Origin: Cenococcum geophilum
Lineage: Eukaryota
NCBI GenBank assembly: GCA_050273025.1
Contig: CP158635.1
Span: forward strand, 3,348,001 to 3,412,000
Direction of reading: 5' to 3'
Length of the DNA stretch: 64,000 bases
A program made the translations under genes and the position numbers. Below are positions 12,279-25,527 of the stretch, piece after piece. The notes under the pieces were generated by a model that made no database searches, had not been told where the DNA came from, and saw only the letters and a program-made list of their open reading frames with translations. Position 1 is the first letter of the stretch, and every line of letters starts with the position of its first letter.

Positions 12279-12520
12279 TGTTACAATGATGCGGATAATC
12301 CTAAGTTTGCAACTGAAGGAAAGATGATTGAAGTGTGGACTGTGGTAATACAAGTCGGTTTTCTCCGAGAAAGATGTTGATCTTAGCCGAATCCTCCACT
12401 TCACAATAATGCATAACGGCTAGGACAAGGCTTGAAACGTCTTTGCCCCCCGCGATCAGGCCTTCTTCCCACTATTGCCTCCATTCTTGAACCCTAAACC
12501 CGCAAGAAAAGGCACTCTCA

Positions 12521-12926
12521 CTAGGGTAGCAACCCCCGTAATTCCCACACTTCCCCGATCCTTCCGCCTTCCAGCCCCCCACTCCTAACCTTCCCTGCCC
12601 CTGAAGCGTCAACTACACATTCCCCAAATAAGCCAAATCGACAATCAGAACGCCCGCTTGGTGAATCTTCCAGATCTTGATATCGTTCGTATAGCGTAGC
12701 AAGGCCGCGGCAGTGAATGCGAATATAGCATGCAGGCCCATGCTGCTGCAGGATCATTTCCGTACCCGGTGTGAGTTGGGAAGCTTGGAAGGGGAAGTGC
12801 GGAGAATGGTGAGAGGGGTGAATAAATCCATATAGGCACCTCAGGTTGCGATGAGAGGGTCGAAAGTCGTGAAGAAGATGCGGTAGAATGAGGGGATCTT
12901 GGGGGTGGGGTTGACTTGGGTGGCAT
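12521..12926 (-). CDS. Possible small hypothetical protein or pseudogene
   Basis: ATG-initiated MPPKSTPPP... overlapping a second open frame; GC-balanced sequence; no recognisable domain. Confidence 0.25.
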
Positions 12927-14902
12927 TATGATGGGGAGGCCTGAGGGATTGAAAGGAAGGTTTGAGGTACTTAATGTTTGCTTGGTGAGTTTATTCAACT
13001 AGGAGTAATCGCCGCCGCAGGTATTTAAGTGGGTGGAGTTAAAAAGGTATAAGTTTGATAATGAACACTCCGCTGTCAACCTGTACACGTGACCTTAATG
13101 CTTCTATATAAAGCAAGCCGCTCTATTACATAAGCGTTATCTTATAAATCAGACCTTACTTTAGCAAGCACGCTAAGGGGAAGGGGTAAATAAAATAATT
13201 TTAGGTAAGAGGTAACTACTAAAGGCGTATAGGTAGCGTATATAAATATATACTAACTTTAAACTTAATAAATTCTAAGTTTAAATCCTACTAATATTAT
13301 CTTTTATTAGAAATTAGGAAATATAATTATTTAGTATACTTCCTATCCTACTATATAAGTGTTGGTTATACAAGGGGATATTACGTAACTACGGTTCGTA
13401 GATAGTATGATAATTGTTATTCTGTATTGTTAATCAGGGGGGGCAAAGAGCTTAAGGCTCCTCGCCACACTAGTGCCGCGGCGATATATAACGGCAACTT
13501 GCCGCACGTAATAGCAACTTACCTATATTTCTAACACTAGCAACTCTTTTTTTGCGGTTGCCATCTATATATATATACTACTCGACTAGCGTAACAAATA
13601 TCAATCCTCCTTACTTACTATTGCTATTATAATATAAGTCTTACTGTTCTAAAAGTTTGCCTTTTAGTACGTGGTGCTTTCTTACTTAGGAGTTATAGGT
13701 AGATATCTTATTTAGAGGGCCGCTAAGGCGCTAGTAGTAAGCGAGCTAATAGCAATTTTTTATCCCGGGGATAGAAAATCCTAATTAGCTAGGTTAAGTT
13801 AGGGTCTGCAGAATCTAACTAATTAAATAACTTTAACCGCTGGTTAAAGTTCCTAGATATCTTAAGACCTTATATAACTAAGAAATTTTTAGGGACTCCC
13901 TTTTAACCTAACCTTTAATTTATATATATAGAGTATTTATATTAATAAATATCTCTAGTGCCTTATTTAGGTTCGCCTTTATTATTATATCTACTAGGTT
14001 ATCTTAGCTATTAATCTATTAAATCTTAAAGAGTTCTTAACGCTTATAGGATTACTAAAATACTATAATATTAATTATAAGGCGCTTTTTTTTATAGTAC
14101 TAAGCTTAACTAAATACTTATAAAGGGAATATAAGTTGGTATATATAATTATAGGGATAATAGGAAGTTTGAGTTAATCTATAATTATCTTTAGGGTAGT
14201 TCTAATTATAATTACTATATTAACTCCGCTAACTATTCTATATATCTCTAACGCTAGAACGCTTTAAGTAATATACTTACTCTTAGTTAAGCTCTAATAA
14301 ATAAGGTTGCTATAGATTATAAAGTTATTCTCTCTAGTAAATTTATTTATAATAATAATCTTATATCCTAATTAGGAGCTAAAATCTTTATTATTTATAA
14401 ATAATCCATTAATAAATATAAAGAGCTTAGTAGTAGGAAGATTAATAGGTATATAAAGTAGTCCCTAATTAAAATAGTTTATTTACTAGAAAAGATGTTT
14501 ATTTAGGGCAAAAACGTCATCCTTAGTTAGTTTCTAGTATTAGGCGGTAATAGAGAGATTAAATAAAGCCTTAGGTTAATAGATAAAAGCAATATAAGCT
14601 TTATAAGCACGTTACTCTATATATTCTTACTTTAGGGAATTAACGTTAATAATGTTAATCTTCTTACCTTAACCCTTCTAATATAAAGTAATAGAATCCT
14701 TATTTAGGGAGAGGATATATTTATTAAAAAGTAATAGTATTATTAAATTAAGCTTTTCCTTTAGCTTTACTATAAGATTTGCCTTTACTAGCTTATCCTT
14801 TTTAAAAGCTAAAAATTAGTTGTCTTTTAAGATAATTATATTATTAGTTTATATACCAATAATTCTAAATAGGGTTCCTATAGTTATAATAAGGAAGCAG
14901 GG

Positions 14903-17900
14903 TATTGGAAACATAGGGTGACTTACCAATAACGACTACTCGAGTAGGGTTATAGTAATGTTAGTTAATTCTTATTAATAGGAATAAGGAAAGGGGTAAG
15001 GAACTTAAGGTTCCTCACCACACTAGGGCCACGTCAACACGTGACGGCAATATGCTTCATATAACGGCAACTTACCTCATTCCCAATACTGGCAACTCTT
15101 CTTTTTGTGGTTGCTATATATATATATACAAACAGATAGTATATAACAATACTAGATAATATATAATAAAACCAGACAATATATAACAAAACCAGACGAT
15201 ATACGACAATGCGGCAGTTAGTAGAATTTAGTAGATAATATAAAGACAGGTGGGCCACTAAGACGCTAGTAGTAAGCGAGCTAATGGCGATTTTCCATGC
15301 CGGGCATAAAAAATCCTAATTAGTTAGCAGAAGTCTACACCGCCACCTAAATTAATTAGGCGCGGCGCTCTTAGCAAGGATCTAACCAATTAAACAACTT
15401 CAACCGGCGGTTAAAGTTCTATAAGATCTTAACTTCTCTAAATTTCCCTCTTAACCTAACCTTTAACTTATACACGTAGAGTATTTATATTAATAAACGT
15501 CTCTAGTGCCTTATTTAGGTTTACCTTTATTATCGCATCTACTAGGTTATATTAGCCATTAATCTATCGGATCTTAAAGAGTTCTTAACGCTTATAGGAC
15601 TGCCGAAGTGCCATAATATCGATTATAAGACGCTTCTCCTTTATAGTACCAAGCTTAACTAAATACTCGTAGAGGGAATATAAGTCGGTGTATACGATCG
15701 TAGAAATAGTGGGAAGTTTAAGCCGGTCTATAATTATCTTAAGGGTAGTTCCAATTGCAATTGCCATATTAACTCCGCTAACCATTCTATATATCTCTAA
15801 CGCTAGAACACTTTAAGTAACGCGCTTACTCTTAGTTAAGCTCTAATAGATAAGGTTACCATAGATTATAAAGTCATTCTCTCTAGTAGATTTGTTTATA
15901 ATAATAATCTTATATCCTAGCTAGGAGCTAAAATCTTTATTATTTATAAACGATCTATTAACGAATACAAAGAGCTTAGCGGTAGGAAGGTTAATAGGCA
16001 CGTAAAGTAGTCCCCTATTAAGATAGTTCATTTGCCAAAAAAGACGCTTATTTAGGGCAAGAACATCATCCTTAGTTAGTTTCTAGTATTAAGTGGCAAT
16101 AGAGAGATTAAAGGAAGCCTTAGGTTAATAGATAGAAGCCATATAAGCTCCACAAGCGCGTTACTCCACGTATCCTTGCTTTAGAGAATTAACGTTAACA
16201 ATATTAATCTTCTTACCTTAACCCTTCTGGCGTAGAGTAATAGAGCCCTTATTTAGGGAGAGGATACATCCATTAAAGAGTAATGGTGTTACTAAGTTAA
16301 GTCTTTCCTTTAGCTTTGCTATAAGGTTTGCCTTTACTAGCTTATCTTCTTTAAAAGCTAAGAATTAGTCGTCTCCTAAGATAATTATATTATCCGTTTA
16401 TATACCGACAATTCTAAATAAAGTTCCTATAGTTGTAATAAGGAAGCAGGGATTAAATATAAAAGTAGTCATCAAAAGCTTCTCCTTATGGTGCTTGCTG
16501 TAGGTAGCCCACCAATAAGTTCCTACCTCTGCGATTCTATATAATGGCTTAAGTACGACTATAATTATATCCTCGGGATATTAGTGGCGAATTTGCTCTA
16601 GAAGGTATACTAGTATTAAGCGCTAAAGGCGCGTCTCTAATTAGGTATAGGCCTAAGTAATATCTTATAGGTAAACCGCCATCCCATTCTTTATTAAGGA
16701 GGGAGCTAGCGTAATAATGACTTGTTAACTAGCTTATTAAATCATAGGGGATTGCGTAAGAATTACTTCCTTACCGTTATTATTATAACCTTAAATAACT
16801 AGCCTTAACTTCTTAAATGGGGTATTGGTAGCTTTGCCTTTAATCTTATTAACTATTCTTAACTTAAATATGCGGACTCCATCAAACTTAGTAGGGTTGT
16901 ATTTCTTAAATTTAAAGACTCCTCTTATAATAAGACCGTCGATCTCCTGCTTATTAGATGCTTAGAAAGGAGCTCCTAAAGTTATAATACGGCCTTCCTT
17001 TTAGAGCTATTTTGCGAGTTTAAAGTTAGCCTTCTCTTTAGCTGTTATAAAGGCCATTAATAGTTTATCTCTATTCTTAATAGCGGTAACAAATTGCTCT
17101 TTAAAATCAATAAGATATTAGCAATTTTGTGATCCCTTTAGGCGACCTCTACCGCGTTATAGTTGCGGTACGTCTACTATAATTATATTAAAATCGCCTT
17201 CGCCTTCTAGAGTATATTAATCGTGGTTCTCCTCTAGGGTATCCTCTAGGGCATCCTATAAAGGCTTAGAGCTATTATCCCTATAGTAGGGCTTAATAAT
17301 AGTTAAGCGGAATTAAGTAGGTCTATAGGGCATCTAAAGAGTGTAAGTTTAACCATTAATTGCAATAAGTTTATATAGGCCTAACTATCCTCCCTTTTTA
17401 CGCCATACGCGTACCTCCGATTAGAGTGGCAGATTAAGCGTAGTTAAGGTATTTAGGCCATTTCTTATTCCTAGTATATCGTTAACCTAGCGCGTGGCGT
17501 AGAGACGTCGTACCTCCTTTATTGCCTTGCGAATAGCCTTAGCTTATTATATAATAGAGGGAGATAGTAGAGAATTATTAGTTATTTAAGGGTAGGCGCT
17601 AAAGACTAGTAACGTAGGTATAAGCCCATCTAGGCCAGCGGTATTATTAATAGCCTTAACAGCCATCTATAGGATAAGCTCTTTGCTAGTACCCTCTAGT
17701 TCCGAAGAAATAATCTTATATACGCGGCGTAATAGCGTATAATATTATTCTACTTTTTTAATACTATTATATGCCTTAACAGGGACTTCCTTAACCTTAA
17801 TTGTCATTGCCTTTACCTATTATCGAAACTCCGTAAATAAGAAGTTCTTTCCTATATTATAAACGATTTAATTAGGGGGTCCTAGGTAGACATTAATCTA

Positions 17901-20900
17901 GTATAATTAAAGAGTATCCTATGCATTCCTAGCTAATATATCTTTTAAAAAGCGTGCGGCTTAGAAGGAGGTTAAGAAGTTAATAACTTGGAGTACTAAC
18001 TTGCCGCTAAGATATATAACATCTATAATAATGCAGAAGTTAAAGTTGTAGTCGTCTTTAAAAGTAAACTTAAATCGGCTAGGGGACTTCTAGTTTATTT
18101 AGCAGTAGTAGCAGTATTTTATAAGATATTTAATTACCTTAACCTTAACTTTATAACCTACTTACTAAAGGACCCTAAGCAATTAGTGAATAGATAGGTG
18201 GCTAAAATGACGGTATAGTTAACATAATTCTAACTTAGTTAGGTAGCTTTAAGCAACGCTCCTTTCTAGCTATTAAAGAAGCAACTAAGGGTAACCCTAC
18301 TTGCGTACAACAGGCACCCAATTATCTCCCTAGATAAGCATATTCTTAAGGTTGTTAAGCTTAACACCTAATTTATCTATATCTTAGATATAGAATAGGA
18401 ATAGGGTATTTATGGGGATAATATGGAAAGTAATATATCCTAATAGGGTTTGGACCTTAATTATACTAAAAGAGATCGCAGTACCCTTGCTAAAGCGAAT
18501 TGTATATTAGCCTGCTATTAATTAGTTAATTTAAACAGAGCTATTAAGCTGCTAAAGAGCTTAAACTTAAGGCTCTCCTACTATAGATACTCCTGCGGCT
18601 CTAGTATCTGGTATAATGCTATAGAAGACGTTTGCCGAGTATCTATCGTTAAAGGAGAACGCGGAACTTTCCTTTAGCTCATTAAAGATATCTAACTTTA
18701 TAATAGAATAGAGCATAAATTAGTTATTAAGGATAGCAACGGTTTATATACTATTTACCTTACTATACTTAGTAAAGTATTGGTTGGGAAAGTAGTCCTC
18801 AATTTCTATATCCATAAGGAGCTATTCAGCCTCATCAACCTTACCCTTAAGATCTTCTTCGCCTTCATATTAAACCAGGAAGTTTTAGAAGTAGGCCATA
18901 GTAACCTCTTAGTTTCCAACATTTTATACACTCTAGCAAAACCTATTATATGCCTCCTTTCATCTATTAAGAGGGTGTCTAGTTAACTAGCAATTTGGCT
19001 TCTTATAAACGTAGCACTTCTTCTAACAATTGCTCTAAAGTGAACCTCTATAAGGACCTCCATAATTGCCTTGTGGTTAATATTAATCATACCCTTTACT
19101 ATATCCCCTACCACGTCCACTATATATTCAATTAGTCTAGTTATAATCATATTAGTTAGCCGGGTCAATTAAGGTAGGTTAAAGTTAGGCGTTAAATTAC
19201 TATACTTCTTAAGAGCGTAGAGCGGTGCCAATAGAGGATCTTAATTAAGCATATACTCCTTTATAAGTACTTACAGGGTTAAAAAGAGCAAAATTATATT
19301 CTTTAATACCTCGGCATGCGCTAATAACTTAATCGCGTAGGCTAAGGTCCTCTTAATATAATTCGGATAAACTACACTAAATTATCTAAAGTTAATTAAA
19401 GAGCTTTTAAAGACAATTAAGCCAAGAGACACCTAGGTTTGTAACAATAATTCTTAGGAAGATAGTCTCTCTCCACTCCAACATATATTGCTGCTTATTC
19501 TCTTCTATTTTAAAGTAGCATCTTATCTTATATATTATTCGGTTAAAATTATATCCTTTTCCTACCAAATAATTATAATAGAAGGTACTAGCGCGGCCCT
19601 TAAGTATAACGGAATAGGCGTTATAATATTAGTCAGGTTCTAGTCTAACCTTTTAGCAATAGTTATAAAAGATACGCAGCTTTAAATTAAGGATGTTATA
19701 TAGTTCCCTGCTAAACTTCTTCTCCTAGTCTATATAGAGCTTTATAAGCTCTATAAGCATTTTTAAGATACCTCTAAGTAGTATTAGACTACGTTAAAAT
19801 TGCATTAAAGATTAAGGTGGGGATTACTTTATAGGCTGCAGTAGAGATATAGGGCTTAATAGAACACGGCGTGGTACCTAATCTTTCTATAGTAGAGTTC
19901 GAAGGTTGTTAAATCGCGAAGCAAGGGGATCTTGCGCTTGCTCTTAAGGGGTAATAGTTAATATTACTGGTTAAATTAGTAGATCCTAGGAAGCTAGAGA
20001 TAAAGGTAAAAGCAATAGATACGGAATGTAAGAACTTATACCTAGAGCAATGGAATTAGAGCGCGTCTCTATTGGCGTATCATTTGGATTCCATCGTGAG
20101 TTAAGCTTCCTCTTAATGCGTAGTTAGTGCTTAACCTCTTATAGAGTCCATTCATGCTCTTCTTTTACGTTAATAACTTGCTCCTAAATATTATCTCCAA
20201 TAGCACCCCTATTTATAGGGACAAATACTCCATTCTCCCAAAGGAAGTTACGGAAGTCTTATATAACGTCCTTCTTCGCAAGAGCCTATATTTCCTTTAT
20301 CTATCTAACAAAGTCCTCCTTTATATAACACTATAGCTCGGTATTATTATATTTGCTGTCTATATAGTATACCATACGGTATACTAAGAATCCATTTAGG
20401 TCCTGTTCCTCGGCGTTTATAAGGTCAATATCTATGTCCCACGTCTCCAGGTTAATACTTTTCTCGTACTTCTTTAGGTAGGTTAACGCCATAGTAGGTA
20501 TAAAATCAACGGGGTGTCGTATATCAAAGGTAGGTAGGGTTTTTGGCTTTATAGAATCTCGTAGGTTTACTGTCAAAAGGTAGGCAATTAAGATGTTGTT
20601 AACGCGTTTCAGACGTTGACTTTAGGACCATAGGTTTAGTAATACTTCTGACCTAAAGTACTCGACCAAATCTTTATATGCGTAGTTGTTTGACACGTTT
20701 TAAACGTTAATTTTAGAACCGTAGGTTTAGTAACACTTCTAACCTAAAGTACTTAACCAAATCTTTATAAACGTAGTTATTCTACATAATAGACGCAACT
20801 TAGTATCTCCTAGTACTTAGTAATACTTCTATTACTAGTTTTCCGCAAGTTTAAGGTAGCACAGTATTGCCGGGATCCATTCCATATAAGTGCATATGGC

Positions 20901-21163
20901 ACCCCTATATAAAACTATCTCTTCTATTCAAAAACCTAGCTGCTCTGTAGTTAACTGTGTATTTAACCACTAATCAGTATTAGAAATATAGGGTGACTCA
21001 CCAATAACGACTACTTAAGTAGGGTTACAGTGATATTAGTTAATTCTTATTGATAGGAATAAGGAAAGGGGTGAGGAACTTAAGGTTCCTCACTACGCTA
21101 GGGCCACGTCGACACGTGACGGCAATATGCTTCATGCGACGGCAACTTACCTCATTTCTAACA
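14903..21163 (-). mobile_element. Ty1/copia LTR retrotransposon E2 (divergent LTR and gag), nested in the RT region of E1
   Basis: 186-bp LTRs 14903-15088 and 20978-21163, TSD CAGGG; RNase H relic ORF 15585-15785 (TDLYSLYEYLVKLGTIKEKRLIIDIMALRQSY). Confidence 0.92.
20595..20776. repeat. Tandem duplication, ~91-bp unit x2, in the 5' region of E2
   Basis: TAGGTTTAGTAA(T/C)ACTTCT...ACCAAATCTTTATA recurs at a 91-bp period. Confidence 0.8.
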
Positions 21164-23313
21164 CAGGGATTAAATATAGAAGTAGTTATTAAAAGCTTCT
21201 CTTTATAGTGCTTACTATAGGTAACCCATTAGTAAGTTCCTACCTCTGTAATTCTATATAATGGCTTAAGTATAACTATAATTATATCTTTAGAATACTA
21301 ATAGCGAATTTACTCTAGAAGGTATGCTAATATTAAGCGCTAAAGATATATCTCTAATTAGGTATAGGCTTAAGTAATATCTCGTAAATAAACCGCTATT
21401 TTATTCTTTATTAAGGAGGGAGCTAATATAACAATAACTTACTAACTAGCTCGTTAAATTATAGAAGATTATATAAGAATTATCTCTTTACTATTATTAT
21501 TATAACCTTAGATAATAAGCCTTAATTTCTTAAATAGGGCATTAATAGCTTTACCCTTAATCTTATTAACTATCCTTAACTTAAAGATACGAACTTTATT
21601 AAACTTAGTAGGGTTATACTTCTTAAATTTAAAGACTCCTTTTATAATAAGACTGTTAATTTCCTATTTATTAGATGCTTAGAAAGGAGCTCCTAAAGTT
21701 ATAATACAACCTTCCTTTTAAAGCTATTTTGTAAGCTTAAAGTCAGCCTTCTCCTTGGCTATTATAAAGGCTATTAATAACTTAACTCTATTCTTAATAG
21801 CGGCAATAAATTATTCTTTAAAATTAATAAGATATTAGCGATTTTATAATTCCTTTAGGTAACCTTTACCGTATTATAGTTATAGCGTATTTACTATAAT
21901 TATATTAGGATTATAGTTGCCTTTTAGAGTATATTAATTATAGTTCTCCTTTAAGGCATCTTCTAGGGTATCCTATAAAGGCTTAGAATTATTATCTTTA
22001 TAGTAAAATTTAATAATAGTTAAATGGAATTAAATAGGTCTATAAGGTATCTAAATAGTATAAGTTTAACTATTAATTATAATAAGTTAGTATAGGCTTA
22101 ACTATCCTCCCTTTTTACGCTATACGCGTACTTTAAACTAGAGTAGCAGATTAAGCGTAGTTAAGGTATTTAGGCTATTTCTTATTTATAGTACGTTATT
22201 AACCTGGTATATAGCATAGAGATATTACACCTCCTTTATTGCCTTATAAATAGCCTTAGCTTATTATATAATAGAGGGAAATAGTAAAGAATTATTAGTT
22301 ATTTAAGGGTAAGCGCTAAAGACTAGTAATATAGATATAAGTTTATTTAGGCTAGCGGAATTATTAATAGCTTTAACAGCTATTTATAAGGTAAGTTTTT
22401 TACTAGCGTCCTTTAGTTCTAAAGAGATAATCTTATATATACGGCGTAATAGCGCATAATATTACTCTACTTTTTTAATACTATTATATGCCTTAATAGG
22501 GACTTCCTTAACCTTAATTACTATTACCTTTATCTATTATTAGAACTTTATAGATAAGAAGTTCTTTCCTATATTATAGATAATTTAATTAGGGGGTCCT
22601 AAATAGACATTAATCTAGTATAACTAAAGGGTATTTTATACGTTTTTGGCTAATATATCTTTTAAGAAACGCGCGGCTTAAAAGGAGGTTAAGAAGTTAA
22701 TAACTTAGAGTACTAGTTTGCCGCTAAGATATATAATATTAATAATAATATAGAAGTTAAAGTTATAGTTATTCTTAAGGGTGAACTTAAATTAGCTAGG
22801 GGACTTTTAGTTTATTTAGTAGTAATAGCAATACTTTATAAGATGCTTAATTACCTTAACCTTAACTTTATAGCCTACTTACTAAAGAACCCTAAGTAAT
22901 TAATAAACGGATAGGTGGCTAAAATAACGGTATAGTTAGCGTAACTCTAACTTAGTTAAATAGCTTTAAGTAACACTCTTTTTTAGTTATTAAAGGAGCA
23001 GCTAAGGGTAACCCTACTTATATATAATAGGCACCCAATTATTTCCCTATATAAGTATATTCTTAAAGTTATTAAGCTTAACGCCTAATTTATCTATATC
23101 CCTAATATAGAATAGAAATAGAGTATTTATGGGAATAATATAGAACGTAATATATCTTAAGGGGGTTTAAACCCTAATTATACCAAGAGAGATTATAGTA
23201 CCCTTACTAAAACGTATTATATATTAGCCTGCCGTTAATTAGTTAATCTAGATAGAAGTATTAAGTTATTAAAGAGCTTAAACTTAAGGTTCTCCTACTA
23301 TAAATACTCCTAT

Positions 23314-25527
23314 CCCTTAACCCGTCGAGGTCCTCAGAGGAAGTGGTCTGTGCGCGAACACCGGAATCAAAACTACGCGTGCTCTACATAGAATTCAATC
23401 ATTAATTACACCACCACCATGCCTCGCAATTGTGCTAGAATTAATGCAGACCTTGTTCAGAAGACTCAATATAACGTTCCCCCAAATAAGACGGCCAAAA
23501 ACCCTCCCCCCAAGCCTTGGCCGTTGCCTCAATTCAAGCCTCTTCATATTAACGATTGGGACGACCATAGCTTACTAAACCTCCCATCCGACATTAATCC
23601 ACACAATCCTTTTAAGTTATTCAGTCTATTCTTTACGGAGGAGGTTATAAATAAGCTTGTAGAGTGGACAAATAAGCACGCAGAGCTTTACCCGTCAGAT
23701 AAAGAAAAGGAACACCCACGCCCATGGCAGCCAATATGCAAGGAGGAACTTTACGCGTACTTTGGAGTGCTTATTTATATAGGTATTACCATAAAATCGT
23801 GCATTAAGGACTACTAGAAGGATTTAAATACGCATGGCACGGAGTATATTATCAAAAAGTACATTTCGGTCGTCCGATTTTAGCAGCTTAATCGCCACTT
23901 TTGGGCCTCACCACCATGTCTAAAAGCTAATAAAACACCTAAACCTACATTCGATAAGGTTAAGGAGCTTGCTAAGTATATTCGGCTTACTTATAGGAAG
24001 CTCTACACGCCTAAAACCCACCTCGCCGTTAACGAGACAATTTAACGCTTTATAGGCCGTGCACCCGAAATTATTAATATTCCATCTAAGCCTATACCAG
24101 AAGGCTTTAAAATATGGGTTCTAGCAAATAAGGGCTATATATTAGACTTTATGTGGCATACTAAAGGTAATAAGAAGGGCCCAGTTGATTTAGATGAGTC
24201 TTTTATTAATAAAGGCTTTTCAAAGACACAGGCAGTAGTTCTTAATTTACTTCTCTAAAAAGACGCCAAAACAAACAAACGCCTCTACCCACCTGGAAAG
24301 CATATTGTATGGCTTAATAACCTATTTACAAGCGTTAAGCTTCTTACAAGACTACGAGGCCTTAGTATTAGAGGCGTAGGAACCGTTCAAACAACCAAAA
24401 CAAAGCGTAAGGAGCAGGGGGACCTTAAATACGATATTAAAGCAGTTACAATTATAAAAGGAAAGAAGAAAAAGGTGCCTTCTGAGCAAATTAACCAAAA
24501 GCTTGCAGAGCTTAAATTAACCTACGCGGCTTAAATTCCATGGGGAGAATTGTATGGCGAGCTTTCCGAAAATAGCCAGGTGATAGAGTTTGCTTAGAAG
24601 GACGCCAATATGGTGCTTTTTATAAGCACTGTTGACGACGGTAAGTTAAACACCTTAACCATAGGCTTAAAATCTAATGACGTTATACATCGCCAGGTCG
24701 TTAGGTAAAAGTTACCATACGGAAACGTCCTCCCCTTACTGCTGGCGGTGCCAGACAGACTCGGAAGGTCTTTAGCGATAAAGACAAGAAGGAATTGCCT
24801 ATTCCTACCTTCATTTTCTACTACAATTACTATATATACGGTGTGGATATTGCGGATCAACTGCGCTCGTATTTTACGACGCAGAGAATCCATAGGAAGA
24901 CCTGGAAGCCTCTATAGCATTTCCTATTGGATACTATAATTAGCAATTATTTCCTTCTATCTTCCTACACTCCCACCAATCGTTAAGCGCTCCGTAGAGA
25001 CAGCCATAAGCAGTTCCAAATCGACCTCCGCAACGCCTTATTTAAACGCTTAATTTAAAAGCGAAAGGTATACACGCAAGAACACCCTCCTTAACGCGCT
25101 ATAGACGATATAATATAGGTTCCTACGGCGCAGCACGAGCTAATCAAGCTGTTTAATAGGGAGGTTAACTACTTAGCTTGCGTAGAGGCTGGCAAACATA
25201 CTTAGGTGTAGTGTATAGGCCGTCGGAAAGCTCTATCGGAGCTATTACCAAATACTACAATAAAGCCTCGTGATAGTAAGGAATGGGAGAGGCGTAGGCG
25301 TGCTCCAAGGACTCATTTTGGCTGCAGTATCTGCAAAATACCATTCTGCAGGAACAATAATTGCTGGAGACCTTATATTGAGCGACTTAACTCCAAAGAT
25401 TAAGCTTATATATTTATTTACTATAAAATCAAAAGCTTTGTATTTCTCAGTACGGCTATTAAATTCAGCCAATCTGATTGGTGGACTCTTATCGATAACA
25501 TGAGGACCAATTTCAACGGGTTAAGGG
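23314..25527 (+). mobile_element. piggyBac-family DNA transposon with atypical termini, nested in E1
   Basis: TIR CCCTTAACCCGT(C/T)GA..GGTCCTCA at both ends; E1 sequence resumes on both sides with AT duplicated. Confidence 0.9.
23419..25403 (+). pseudogene. piggyBac (PGBD / DDE_Tnp_1_7-like) transposase, disrupted by RIP stop codons
   Basis: LFFTEEVINKLVEWTNKHA, LAV(N/D)ET, IPSKPIPEGFKIWVLA, VWL(N/D)NLFTS, GVDIADQLRSY and C-terminal Cys-rich FGCSICKIPFC...NCW. Confidence 0.85.

Noticed and set aside
7513..12404. Antisense and alternative-frame ORFs over the large gene (likewise over CYP505)
   Set aside because: Shadow ORFs of GC-balanced coding exons with no independent support.
23314..23323. 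CCCTTAACCC resembling telomeric CCCTAA repeats
   Set aside because: Single unit, mirrored at 25518-25527 as a transposon TIR.
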